Positions 8,711 through 18,634 of a stretch of 55,264 nt of DNA are shown here, one piece after another. Each line of letters begins with the position of its first letter. The first letter of the stretch is position 1. The notes beneath the pieces are model-generated. The model was given only the letters and a program-made list of their open reading frames with translations. It did no database searches and had not been told where the DNA came from. Source of the stretch: Alphaproteobacteria bacterium (GTDB lineage: Bacteria > Pseudomonadota > Alphaproteobacteria > Rs-D84); the NCBI GenBank assembly GCA_046882065.1, contig JBKSMY010000005.1, positions 1-55,264 on the forward strand, in the 5' to 3' direction. The translations under genes were made by a program, and so were the position numbers.

Positions 8711-11700
8711 TTATTCCACCTCAACTCGTAAGCCCAACGCCGTCAAATCAGCGATTGTTGTTGCACCCAATTCAACCCCGCCGGGCAGGGCGACTGTGGC
8801 TGTTTTTTCCGCACCATGCAAAACCAATTCCACACGCGTATATCCGCGTGGCAATGCAATAATCGCCTTTTTAACATCCTGTAAAACGGCTTGGTCGCGA
8901 ATATCAAGTGTGATTTTCTTTGCTATTTTGGCAACCCATTGATTCAAAGGTGTAATAGAATCTACGAATATAGAAACCCGATCATCACGATTAGATGTCT
9001 TGCCTGAAATCAGCACGACTGTGTCATTTGCTAATATCTGCGCAAATTCTATGGCCGAATCCCCGAACGCCACCGCATCGATATTGCCCGCGCTGTCCGA
9101 TGCGTTAATGGTAATCATTTCCTTGCCTGTCTTGGTACGACGACGTCCAAATGAATTTACATTTGCGGCAACCTGTACCGATTTTCTGTCGCCCAGCGTA
9201 CCCAGCGTGGCACTTGTTGCCAAATTGGCGCGCGCAATCAGATGCTTATACTGATCCAACGGATGTGCCGAAATATAGAACCCTAATGCAGACAGTTCAT
9301 TTTCCAACTTCTGTCCAAATGTCCATGGTTCTGTCTTTGGCAAATTCTTATGTAATCTGTCTTCAGAAACGTCATCTTCGACCGTATTTGCAAATAACGA
9401 CAACATATTTGCGCCATCTTTAGACTTAGCCGCATAAGACAAAATCGCATCTGCATTCATATAAATCAATGCACGATTTGGCTCTAACGAATCCAGCACC
9501 CCAGTCTTTGCGAATGCTTCCAAAATGCGTTTATTCATAATTGACGCACATCGTTTTGCAAAATCGGTCAGGTTTTTGAATTTACCATTTGCATTACGTT
9601 CTGCTACGATGGCGTCTGTTGCAACGGTGCCGACGCCTTTTAAAGCCGCCAAACCATAGATAATTTTTCCATCACGCACCGTGAACAAAGATTCACTTTC
9701 GTTAATATCTGGTGCAACGATTTGAATACCAAAGTTAGACTTTGCGTCATCAACAAAAATCGCCAATTGGTCCGTGTCATTCAAATTACTGGACATAGAT
9801 GCCGCCAAGAATTCAGGCGTATAATTTGCCTTCAGATACGCGCATTGATTTGCCACAATAGAATACGCAATTGCGTGCGATTTATTAAACGCGTACTTTG
9901 CAAAGTCCTTGAACTTTTCCCACAAATCTTTTGCGGTTGCGCGATCCAAAGTACCTTCTTTTTCGCACCCTTCATAGAACTTTCCTTCCAGTTCATCCAA
10001 CATGGCAATAATCTTTTTACCCATAGCCTTGCGCACGTTGTCCGACTGACCGCGTGTAAATCCTGCTAACACACGCGTTAACTGCATAACCTGTTCCTGA
10101 TAAACGATAATCCCATATGTTTCCTTCAGAATAGGTATGGCGCGTTCATGAACATATTCAATTTCTTCTTCACCGTGCATGCGCGCAATAAACTGTGGAA
10201 TAAATGCAATAGGTCCTGGTCGATTCAACGCATTCAACGCAGAAATTTCCAAGAAACTGGTTGGGTGCATTTTACGCAACGTCTGTTGTACAAATTGCGC
10301 ATCAAATTGGAATATCCCTTCGGTCAATCCCTGTTGCCACAATCGCATAGTCTTAGGGTCATCAGTTGGAATTTGATCCAAATCGATATTTATCCCACGC
10401 GTCTGCTGAATCAGTCGTGTTGCGTATTTCAGCACCACCAATGTTTCCAATCCTAAAAAGTCAAACTTAATCAAGCCTGACTTTTCCAAATACTTACCAT
10501 CGTACTGACACGATGGCAACGGGTTCGCGGGGTCACGATAAACCGGTGCGATTTTTGTTGTTGGTCGGTCACCGATAACAACACCACACGCGTGCTGACC
10601 TAAATTACGCAAACTGCCTTCTAATTCTTCGGCAACCGTCACAACCTTGTTCAGGTCTTCATCGTTATTCAAAATATCCTGAATTTCCGCTGACATTCCA
10701 ACGGCATCTTTCAACGTCTTGGCATCTTGTGGAATTAATTTGGATAGTCTATCAGACTTAGAATAGGGCATTCCATACACACGTCCAATATCACGAATTG
10801 CGCCACGGGCCTGCAACGAACCGAACGTAATAATACGACACACAGAATCATGCCCATACTTATCGCAAACATACGCCAGCACGCGTTCAATACCCGTTGG
10901 CTCAAAGTCCACGTCAAAGTCCGGCATAGAAATACGATCTGGATTCAAGAAACGTTCAAACAGCAAACCATACTTTAACGGATCAACATTGGTAATACCC
11001 AACGCCCACGCCACAATGGAACCTGCACCAGAACCACGACCCGGACCTGTCAAAACATCATTATTTCTGCACCAATCAATATAATCCGCCACAATCAAGA
11101 AATACCCTGGGAACCCCATACCAATAATAACACCCAATTCAAATTCTGCCTGGTCATAGTATGGCTGGGTATCTGTAATGCCGTGTTGTTCCAATCTGCG
11201 TTTCAATCCATTCATAGTATTGTCGCGCAGCATCTGACATTCTGTTTCTAAATCATCGCCAAATCGTGGCAACAAAGGTTTTTCATGAACGTTGACCATA
11301 AAACCACAGCGTTGGGCAATCACAACGGTGTTTTCTATGGCCTCGGGCAGGTCAGAAAATATTTCTGACATTTCTTCATATGATTTGAAATATTGTTCAG
11401 ACGATTTACGCGGTCGTTCTGGGTCAATAACCTTGGTCTGTCCCAGTACGCAACCCAACGCATCTGCGGACTCATAGTCCTTATCTGACGCAAAGCACAC
11501 ATCATTTGTCGCAACAATTGGAATATTTAATTCGCGCGCAATTTTCAAGAATCCTGGCTCTGTCTTAATCTCGTCTTCTAATCCGTGTCGCTGAATTTCT
11601 ATATAGAACCTATCACCAAAAATATCCAGGAACCGCTGGGCATATTCGTGTGCCTGACCATCTTGACCGTTTAATATAGCCATCCCAATTGGTCCCAAAT

Positions 11701-12118
11701 GCGCCCCTGACAAACAAATCAGTCCATTACTGTGTGATGCTAATTCTTCGAACGAAATGTGCGCCCCCAGATGATGGTTTTCACCACGCATATACATAAC
11801 GCGATTCAGTTCACATAAATTCAAATACCCTGCGTGATTCTGTGCCAACAACACAATCCTAGACAACGAACTGGCACGCAATATCTTTGGGTCTACGTTA
11901 TGGTGATTTAATGAAATTTCCACACCGATAATCGGTTGCAATTTATTAGACGGCATAACGTCGGAAAACTCTGCGCACCCCGACATCAGGTTTGTATCAG
12001 TCAACGCACACGCAGACATACCCGCCGCCGCACACAATTTTGGAATTTGTTTAATAGTCAGTGTACTGGCCCCCACTGAAAATCTCGAATGCGTACGAAG
12101 ATGAATAAACTGCTGCAT
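8711..12118 (-). CDS. dnaE: DNA polymerase III alpha subunit
   Basis: PHP-domain start MQQFIHLRTHSRFS. GPGRGSGAGSIVAWALGITNVDPL, PDFDVDF, and HACGVVI motifs, plus a C-terminal OB-fold region. The start at 12118 has a strong SD (aagggaaagggg); the track start at 12148 is less likely. Confidence 0.93.
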   Translation of the reverse strand: MQQFIHLRTHSRFSVGASTLTIKQIPKLCAAAGMSACALTDTNLMSGCAEFSDVMPSNKLQPIIGVEISLNHHNVDPKILRASSLSRIVLLAQNHAGYLNLCELNRVMYMRGENHHLGAHISFEELASHSNGLICLSGAHLGPIGMAILNGQDGQAHEYAQRFLDIFGDRFYIEIQRHGLEDEIKTEPGFLKIARELNIPIVATNDVCFASDKDYESADALGCVLGQTKVIDPERPRKSSEQYFKSYEEMSEIFSDLPEAIENTVVIAQRCGFMVNVHEKPLLPRFGDDLETECQMLRDNTMNGLKRRLEQHGITDTQPYYDQAEFELGVIIGMGFPGYFLIVADYIDWCRNNDVLTGPGRGSGAGSIVAWALGITNVDPLKYGLLFERFLNPDRISMPDFDVDFEPTGIERVLAYVCDKYGHDSVCRIITFGSLQARGAIRDIGRVYGMPYSKSDRLSKLIPQDAKTLKDAVGMSAEIQDILNNDEDLNKVVTVAEELEGSLRNLGQHACGVVIGDRPTTKIAPVYRDPANPLPSCQYDGKYLEKSGLIKFDFLGLETLVVLKYATRLIQQTRGINIDLDQIPTDDPKTMRLWQQGLTEGIFQFDAQFVQQTLRKMHPTSFLEISALNALNRPGPIAFIPQFIARMHGEEEIEYVHERAIPILKETYGIIVYQEQVMQLTRVLAGFTRGQSDNVRKAMGKKIIAMLDELEGKFYEGCEKEGTLDRATAKDLWEKFKDFAKYAFNKSHAIAYSIVANQCAYLKANYTPEFLAASMSSNLNDTDQLAIFVDDAKSNFGIQIVAPDINESESLFTVRDGKIIYGLAALKGVGTVATDAIVAERNANGKFKNLTDFAKRCASIMNKRILEAFAKTGVLDSLEPNRALIYMNADAILSYAAKSKDGANMLSLFANTVEDDVSEDRLHKNLPKTEPWTFGQKLENELSALGFYISAHPLDQYKHLIARANLATSATLGTLGDRKSVQVAANVNSFGRRRTKTGKEMITINASDSAGNIDAVAFGDSAIEFAQILANDTVVLISGKTSNRDDRVSIFVDSITPLNQWVAKIAKKITLDIRDQAVLQDVKKAIIALPRGYTRVELVLHGAEKTATVALPGGVELGATTIADLTALGLRVEVE

Positions 12119-12183
12119 AACCCCTTTCCCTTTATACCTTTTATGCAAACGAATAAAAGCGCGATAAATTGCACCAAAAAATA

Positions 12184-14796
12184 TTAGTGCAATTTACCAC
12201 AACAATGCTTGAATTTCAGACCTGAACCACATGGACACGGTGCATTACGACGCGAATCTGCACCTGCCGCCTGATTCAAGGCTGCATCATGTTTCGCACG
12301 TTCTGCCTCGGTTGCGGCGACATCATCGCGTGTCAGTTCCATACGGCAAATATAAGAAATCGACATGATTTTAAAGTTGTTAACCGTATTCTTGAACAAA
12401 TCCAATGCTTCGCGCTTGTATTCATACAGCGGATTCTTCTGGGCATATCCACGCAAACCAATCGCGCTTTGCAGATAATCCATTTGTTGCAAATGCTTTT
12501 TCCAAACTGCATCCAGCGCGCCCAACATCATCTGACGTGATGCCATCTGCATCAATTCTGGTCCATACTTTGTTGCCTGCTGTTCATATCTGCGCATAGC
12601 CAAATTAAACAAAGTTTCATACGCCTTGCGTTCTGTAATTTGTTCGTCGGTTTTCCATTTTTCGATATCAGTAATATCCAATGCAAACACACGCATCATT
12701 GCATTATGAATGCCCACCAAATTCCAATCTGCTGGCATGGCTTTTTCTGGGATATTGTTTTCGCAAATAATTTCAACAACGTCCCCAATCATTTCAGTTG
12801 CCAACGGCTTTAAATCCTGGGCTGTCATCAAATCATCGCGTTGTTTATAGATAACCACACGTTGTTCATTGGCCACGTCATCATACTTCAGCAATTCTTT
12901 GCGCGCCTCAAAGTATCTGGCTTCGACTCGTTTCTGTGCCTTTTCCAGCGCCTTGGTAATCCATGGGTGCGTAATCGCTTCGCCAGTTTTCAGCCCCAGC
13001 GTTGTCAACATACCCTGCAAACGTGCCGCGCCAAAGATGCGCATCAAATCATCATCCAACGCCAAAAAGAATTTAGAATCACCTGGATCTCCCTGACGTC
13101 CCGAACGACCACGCAACTGATTGTCGATACGACGTGATTCATGACGTTCTGTACCAATTACATACAGACCACCCGCATCCAGAACCAATTTCTTGTTTGC
13201 TTCAATCGTAGCATAGATTTCTTTCTTTTTTTCTTCGAAATCCGGCGCATCTTTATCTAATGCTGCAATCAGTTCTTCGGCATTACCGCCCAGTTTAATG
13301 TCGGTACCACGTCCTGCCATATTTGTTGCAATTGTCAACGCACCTGGTGCGCCCGCCTGGGCAACAATCTTTGCTTCGGACTCATGATGTTTTGCATTCA
13401 GAACGGCTGGATTTACGCCTAATTTCTTGCGCACAATCTCTGCCAATTCTTCGGACTTTTCAATTGACACAGTTCCAACCAAAACAGGCTGTTTGCGCGC
13501 CATACATTCTGAAATTTGTTTCAAAATCGCATCATACTTTTCTTCTTTGTTGCGATAGATTTCATCATGATGATCGTTACGCGCAACTGGACGATTTGTT
13601 GGAATCGACACAACGCGCAATTTATAAATTTCTTCAAATTCCGCGGCTTCGGTCATGGCTGTTCCCGTCATACCTGACAACGTTGGATACAAACGGAACA
13701 AGTTCTGATAAGAAATACTGGAAACAGTCTGATTTTCCGGTTGAACTTTCACATGTTCTTTGGCTTCTATCGCCTGGTGTAAACCTTTACCAAAACGACG
13801 ACCACTCATCACACGACCGGTAAATTCATCAACAATCAAAATTTCGCCGTTACGCACAACATAGTTCACATTCTTTTGATACAAATGGTGCGCTAACAAA
13901 GACTGTTGAATATGCATAACCAGTGCTGCATTTTCAGATGCATACAAATTATCGCCCACCAACAATCCTGCTTCTTTTAACAAACGTGTCGCATTATCAA
14001 CACCACTTTCGGTCAAAACCACATGACGGTCTTTTTCGTCTTTTTTGAAATCAGATTCTGTGAATTGCGCAACAACAGCATCCACCTTGGCATACAGTTC
14101 ACTTGTATCCTCGGCCGGTCCAGAAATAATCAATGGTGTACGCGCCTCGTCAATCAAAATACTGTCAACTTCGTCGACAATCGCGTAAAAGAACGGACGC
14201 AAAACCTGCTGTTTCTTGCTAAACTTCATATTGTCGCGCAGATAATCAAATCCCAATTCAGAATTCGTCACATATGTAATATCGCACGCATATGCCGCAC
14301 GTCTTTCGTCGTCCGTCATATCATGCTGAATGATACCGACACTCAGCCCCAGGAAACGATAAATTTCCCCCATCCACACTGCGTCGCGTGATGCCAAATA
14401 ATCATTGACCGTAATCAGGTGTGCGCCCTTGCCATGTAATGCTTTCAGATACATTGCCAATGTCGCGACCAATGTTTTACCTTCACCAGTTTTCATTTCT
14501 GTAATTTGCCCATTGGCCAACACCATACCGCCAATCATCTGAACGTTAAAGTGGCGCAATCCAATTGTACGAATTGACGCTTCACGAACCAACGCAAACG
14601 CATCCGGAAGAATATCTTTTTCTTTTTCGCCCGCCGCCAATTTTGCGCGCAAAACATCTGTCTGTTCGCGCAACTGCGCATCTGTCATCTGATGATATTT
14701 AGGTTCCAAATCATTGATCAGGGAAACTGTCTTATCATAACTTTTAACCAATCTGTCGTTTGCAGACCCCAATAACATACCAAATATATTTTTCAT
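12184..14796 (-). CDS. secA: Preprotein translocase ATPase SecA
   Basis: MKNIFGMLLGSANDRLVKSY start, MKTGEGKTLVATL Walker A, DEVDSILIDEARTPLIISG, TNMAGRGTDIKLGG, and the C-terminal zinc motif CPCGSGLKFKHCCG. Confidence 0.95.
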   Translation of the reverse strand: MKNIFGMLLGSANDRLVKSYDKTVSLINDLEPKYHQMTDAQLREQTDVLRAKLAAGEKEKDILPDAFALVREASIRTIGLRHFNVQMIGGMVLANGQITEMKTGEGKTLVATLAMYLKALHGKGAHLITVNDYLASRDAVWMGEIYRFLGLSVGIIQHDMTDDERRAAYACDITYVTNSELGFDYLRDNMKFSKKQQVLRPFFYAIVDEVDSILIDEARTPLIISGPAEDTSELYAKVDAVVAQFTESDFKKDEKDRHVVLTESGVDNATRLLKEAGLLVGDNLYASENAALVMHIQQSLLAHHLYQKNVNYVVRNGEILIVDEFTGRVMSGRRFGKGLHQAIEAKEHVKVQPENQTVSSISYQNLFRLYPTLSGMTGTAMTEAAEFEEIYKLRVVSIPTNRPVARNDHHDEIYRNKEEKYDAILKQISECMARKQPVLVGTVSIEKSEELAEIVRKKLGVNPAVLNAKHHESEAKIVAQAGAPGALTIATNMAGRGTDIKLGGNAEELIAALDKDAPDFEEKKKEIYATIEANKKLVLDAGGLYVIGTERHESRRIDNQLRGRSGRQGDPGDSKFFLALDDDLMRIFGAARLQGMLTTLGLKTGEAITHPWITKALEKAQKRVEARYFEARKELLKYDDVANEQRVVIYKQRDDLMTAQDLKPLATEMIGDVVEIICENNIPEKAMPADWNLVGIHNAMMRVFALDITDIEKWKTDEQITERKAYETLFNLAMRRYEQQATKYGPELMQMASRQMMLGALDAVWKKHLQQMDYLQSAIGLRGYAQKNPLYEYKREALDLFKNTVNNFKIMSISYICRMELTRDDVAATEAERAKHDAALNQAAGADSRRNAPCPCGSGLKFKHCCGKLH

Positions 14797-14946
14797 TACC
14801 TTTTTCCTTACTTTTATCACGAAATATATAGCAATTTTGCGCCTTTCGGTCAAGATACTTTATGATATAATATCTTTTATTAAAATTAACAAGTGCGAAC
14901 GACAAAAATTTATGATAGAATAGGGCACGACAAGGGGGATAAATTC

Positions 14947-15162
14947 ATGCAACAGCCAATTAAGAAGTTAAATCCATCAGATATCACCAGCGACGTTTAC
15001 ATTATTGCCCCAACGCAAATTGAATACATCTCGCGCTTATTTGGCAATACGGTTGCTGACACTATGAACATGCGTACATTTGCACCAAAAATCCGTCAAA
15101 TCGCAGAACAGGCTCTGCGTCACGCATTAAATTCCGCCAAAACCATGGGCGAACAGAAATAA
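14947..15162 (+). CDS. Hypothetical small protein (71 aa)
   Basis: ATG at 14947 is preceded by aaggggga and followed by a hairpin terminator. No recognisable motif. Confidence 0.4.
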   Translation: MQQPIKKLNPSDITSDVYIIAPTQIEYISRLFGNTVADTMNMRTFAPKIRQIAEQALRHALNSAKTMGEQK

Positions 15163-15163
15163 G

Positions 15164-15187
15164 AAACCGCCAAACGGCGGTTTTTTC
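15164..15187. terminator. Bidirectional hairpin terminator (CCGCC-AAAC-GGCGG core)
   Basis: gaaa-ccgcc-aaac-ggcgg-tttttt lies between convergent genes. The identical 14-mer recurs at 35292 and 43106. Confidence 0.65.
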
Positions 15188-16294
15188 CTACTTTTGTTTC
15201 AAATTATGCAACAGTTCACCAAACAATATCCACGCACGATCCAACGCAGAATCACGCCAACGTGGATCAGACGGATACCAACTTTCCGTCAGATTTTTCC
15301 ACGTCTGCGTATTTATTTGACCATGATTCAACAAATCATACCGTGCATCCCCCATATCCATACGCTTATAGATTGGGGACATAATTGGATATTCCCCCGT
15401 ACCAATTTCAAAGTCCGCAGTATACACAGGGACTTCTGGGGTTGTATATCGGGCCTCTAAACAGTCCACCAAATCCCCCAACAGCACTGGGCCATTTGCT
15501 GCGCGTTCATCTGATGCAATGTATGTTGCGACCAACATATCGGAAAAATACTGAGTGTTTTTATGCTGTGCCGGATGCGACACCAATAGTTGCCATGTTG
15601 CACGCCCGCGTTTTCTATCAAAACGTCCCAATCCTGTATGTAATCCAATCGACGTCAGCGATTTTGCCCCACGCATAACGTCATCATAAATATGCATGGT
15701 CATTTTATTTTCTGTCATTGGCGCTGCCCCACCATAGAACAATCCATACGGGTGTTTATACTGCCCATGACCAATTGCATCCCATGCGCCATCAAATTTG
15801 TGCTTATAGTAAAAATCCTTAATAGCGTTCTTTTTAGCGACCGCATCAGGCTTCGCCAGCAACATCTCGTGCGCCAAATCATATTTTGGATTCTGGGGCA
15901 GGGCTTCTGGGCGACTGAAATCGACCCCAAAATTACGGTTCAAATCAACCAAGCCACCACGTTTTGTATCCATAACTTCGCGCATACGGTTCTGCATACC
16001 CCAACCGTTAATAACATGAATCAAGACAATCGTATATTTTTGTAGAAAATCTGGCGTTAAATCCTGGGCAAATTTGTCCAAGAACATATTTTGCGCTGCG
16101 CTGCCAAAGAATCCTTCGATTCCATGCACACCAGAATTTATCACGACTTTATGTGGACCATCTCCAATCAAGACATATGGAATATCAAACTTATGCCCAT
16201 CCGCCACGCACCAACGCAAATCACCATATCTAGATGCGTTTTGATAAAACTTTTCGGTTGCCTGATACCAATTCTCAGAATAATACTTTTGCAT
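15188..16294 (-). CDS. M14-like zinc carboxypeptidase-fold protein, DUF2817 type
   Basis: SGVHGIEGFFGS, LIHVINGWG, VDLNRNF, GQYKHPYGLFYGG, and LHTGLG match my memory of the DUF2817 / succinylglutamate-desuccinylase-like family. Not verified by search. Confidence 0.5.
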   Translation of the reverse strand: MQKYYSENWYQATEKFYQNASRYGDLRWCVADGHKFDIPYVLIGDGPHKVVINSGVHGIEGFFGSAAQNMFLDKFAQDLTPDFLQKYTIVLIHVINGWGMQNRMREVMDTKRGGLVDLNRNFGVDFSRPEALPQNPKYDLAHEMLLAKPDAVAKKNAIKDFYYKHKFDGAWDAIGHGQYKHPYGLFYGGAAPMTENKMTMHIYDDVMRGAKSLTSIGLHTGLGRFDRKRGRATWQLLVSHPAQHKNTQYFSDMLVATYIASDERAANGPVLLGDLVDCLEARYTTPEVPVYTADFEIGTGEYPIMSPIYKRMDMGDARYDLLNHGQINTQTWKNLTESWYPSDPRWRDSALDRAWILFGELLHNLKQK

Positions 16295-16339
16295 ACTGTT
16301 GCCTTTGGTTTATGTTTTCTCTCTCCGCCGGCCCACACA

Positions 16340-17155
16340 TTACATTACTTTACCCTGTGTTGGATAAAAAGTTAACTGAATTTTTTCCCACTTAGAAAAT
16401 TCATTTGCCGGCAACATACGGAATGGTTGACATGTGTTAATTGCCGCACGAATTGTTTCCAGCACATATGCAAACGCTGGATCAGTATCTGCACGCGCTG
16501 CTGATTCAAACCACACATCACGAACGGTACCATTTTTACGCATAGTTAAATGTGCAACTGCTCGAATATCAGATATGTCTGGACGTTTTGTATCAACAAC
16601 CCAACAACGTGTCATTGCAACGCGCAACGCATCAACCACAGATATCGTCAAGGTGCGTTCCAGCGATAAAACCTCGCGATTAACACGCACGACTTTTTTC
16701 TTGCGCGGGGCCGTTGGCGCATCCTCGACCGGTTTAGATTCGACTTTTTTCTCTTCTCGTTTTTTCTCAGGCTCTTTTTTTGTCTCTTCTGCCACTTCTT
16801 CTGGTTCTGGTTCCGGTTCTGTTTTTGGTTCTTCTACCAACGTTGGTGTCTCTATCTCTACCTTTTCTGGTTCTTCTGCCTGAATTTCTTTTTTATCTGG
16901 CTGTGCAACCGGGGCAGGGGTCGGTTCTTCTGGTTTTGATTCTACGACCTGTCCCACATTATACAGTTTTGTTTCATCGCCCGACACAACCACATCGTTC
17001 AAATCAATTTCCATAATTTGAATTCTATCTGGGGCAACCAATTGGGCGCGATTTACAATAATCGCAACCGAAGTAATCATTATCGCCACAAGTGCCAAAT
17101 GTCCCCCAATGGACATCAACAGGTTTTCCGATGAAAATTGATTAAATTTCGCCAT
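16340..17155 (-). CDS. TolA-like (TolA/TonB C-terminal domain) envelope-spanning protein
   Basis: N-terminal TM (IGGHLALVAIMITSVAIIV), a Pro/Glu/Lys-rich linker, and a C-terminal TolA/TonB-like domain. It follows tolQ-tolR. Confidence 0.6.
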   Translation of the reverse strand: MAKFNQFSSENLLMSIGGHLALVAIMITSVAIIVNRAQLVAPDRIQIMEIDLNDVVVSGDETKLYNVGQVVESKPEEPTPAPVAQPDKKEIQAEEPEKVEIETPTLVEEPKTEPEPEPEEVAEETKKEPEKKREEKKVESKPVEDAPTAPRKKKVVRVNREVLSLERTLTISVVDALRVAMTRCWVVDTKRPDISDIRAVAHLTMRKNGTVRDVWFESAARADTDPAFAYVLETIRAAINTCQPFRMLPANEFSKWEKIQLTFYPTQGKVM

Positions 17156-17161
17156 CTTTTA

Positions 17162-17560
17162 TTACTCTGGTTGCGTACGCAGTCCAACCTTCTGAAAACC
17201 AGAATCTTTTAATTTGCCCATCATGCTCATCACTGCGCCATAATCCGCATGTGTATCACCACTTATCATAATGGTCAGATTTGGATTTTCGGCACGCATC
17301 GCAATTGCGCGCTTTACAATTTCATCCCGGGGCAATTCCATCTTAGACAAGTAATAACGGCCATTAGCATCAACACTTATCTGAATTGCATGGTCGTTGC
17401 CTGTCATCGCAGATGCGCCTGCACGCGGCAATTCCAAATCAATTCCTGTTGTCATCATTGGTGTTGTCACCATAAACACCGCCAACAACACCGTCATAAC
17501 GTCAATCATTGGCGTTAATTGTATTGAAAAATCTGCTTTTCTGCGTCTGATTCTGGACAT
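17162..17560 (-). CDS. tolR: TolR/ExbD family biopolymer transport protein
   Basis: INLTPMIDVM-type motif (IQLTPMIDVMTVLLAVFMV). ATG at 17560; the track start at 17569 is GTG. Confidence 0.75.
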   Translation of the reverse strand: MSRIRRRKADFSIQLTPMIDVMTVLLAVFMVTTPMMTTGIDLELPRAGASAMTGNDHAIQISVDANGRYYLSKMELPRDEIVKRAIAMRAENPNLTIMISGDTHADYGAVMSMMGKLKDSGFQKVGLRTQPE

Positions 17561-17572
17561 AACAAACACCCA

Positions 17573-18052
17573 TTATTTCTGGTTTTTGATTTCTTTGCAT
17601 GCGCATTCCAAGCGTTCATACAAATCATCAGACTTTTTAGAATAAACCTGATATGCAATCGCCGCAGGAATCGCTGCAATCAGTCCCAACGCAGTTGTTC
17701 CCAATGCCACCGCCAAACCTGGTGCAATTACACCAATGCTGACCGACTGATTCACACCAATTGACGCAAACGAATCCATAACCCCCCAAACAGTCCCGAA
17801 CAAACCGATAAATGGCGAAATATAAGACACCATGGACAAGAACCACAAATTCTTGTCAAACGGACGAATAAAGACATCCAAATTATCATTTGGCTTCATC
17901 TTGACTGGGTTTCTTTTCTGACCACGCCACAGACGGATTTTTTCAATAATAACCGCCCATGACATAACACTAAACACAACCAACACAATTGACACCACGA
18001 CTGTCATAATGTCGCCTGTAAACAAACTTAACAACGAAAAATTATTCCCCAT
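17573..18052 (-). CDS. tolQ: MotA/TolQ/ExbB proton-channel protein (compact, 159 aa)
   Basis: Three hydrophobic segments. Conserved SPFIGLFGTVWGVM and GLAVALGTTALGLIAAIPA blocks. The cytoplasmic loop is much shorter than in E. coli TolQ. Confidence 0.75.
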   Translation of the reverse strand: MGNNFSLLSLFTGDIMTVVVSIVLVVFSVMSWAVIIEKIRLWRGQKRNPVKMKPNDNLDVFIRPFDKNLWFLSMVSYISPFIGLFGTVWGVMDSFASIGVNQSVSIGVIAPGLAVALGTTALGLIAAIPAAIAYQVYSKKSDDLYERLECACKEIKNQK

Positions 18053-18068
18053 TTTACCCTTCCTTTTA

Positions 18069-18443
18069 TTAGACTAAACTGTTGATAAAATCCTGCGGTA
18101 TACGTTTTGGACGCATGTCCGCCCCCAGATACGCAACCTTAAGATTTATTATAGCACAATCATTCCCATCTTTCACGAACTTTTGTTCAATTTTTACAGT
18201 CGCCACCCCAACATCAACCATGCGTGTTTCCACAACAAATTCATCGGCAGCAACTAACGGTTGAATATACTTGATATTTAACTCGCGAACGACAAACCCA
18301 ACATCATTCCCAACATTTAATTTACCGCGCAGCCAATTCATGCGTGCGCGCTCGGCAATTTCCAGGTATCGCGCATGATACACAATTCCTTCGGCATCTG
18401 TATCTGCGTACGCAATGGTAAATGGGAAAACATGAGTCTTCAT
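18069..18443 (-). CDS. ybgC: YbgC-type 4HBT acyl-CoA thioesterase
   Basis: VFPFTIAYADTDAEGIVYHARYLEIAERARMNWL hot-dog fold signature. The ATG at 18443 overlaps the upstream stop (ATGA). Confidence 0.75.
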   Translation of the reverse strand: MKTHVFPFTIAYADTDAEGIVYHARYLEIAERARMNWLRGKLNVGNDVGFVVRELNIKYIQPLVAADEFVVETRMVDVGVATVKIEQKFVKDGNDCAIINLKVAYLGADMRPKRIPQDFINSLV

Positions 18444-18634
18444 TTTACAAAATCCCCCGCATCTATATTTACTGGCACTTTCAAATATGGTTTCAATACC
18501 ATTGCCATCATCGCCATATTCCACGAATGCGCTGCAACCGCCTGGGGCGCACCATCACTCATCCGCGTCAAGCGGTATTCGCACTCTAATTTTTCTGCGA
18601 TTTGAAAAAAGTCAACAATCCTATCAACTGACAT
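18440..18634 (-). pseudogene. 64-codon remnant of an HD-domain (YfbR-like / HD_3) phosphohydrolase, ending before the catalytic HD dyad
   Basis: IVDFFQIAEKLECEYRLTRMSDGAPQAVAAHSWNMAMMAMVL resembles the N-terminus of HD_3 proteins (LK..R....ESVAEHSW.MA.MA). The ORF stops about 10 residues before where HD would occur. Its start overlaps the ruvB stop (TAATG) and its stop overlaps the ybgC start (ATGA). Confidence 0.4.
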
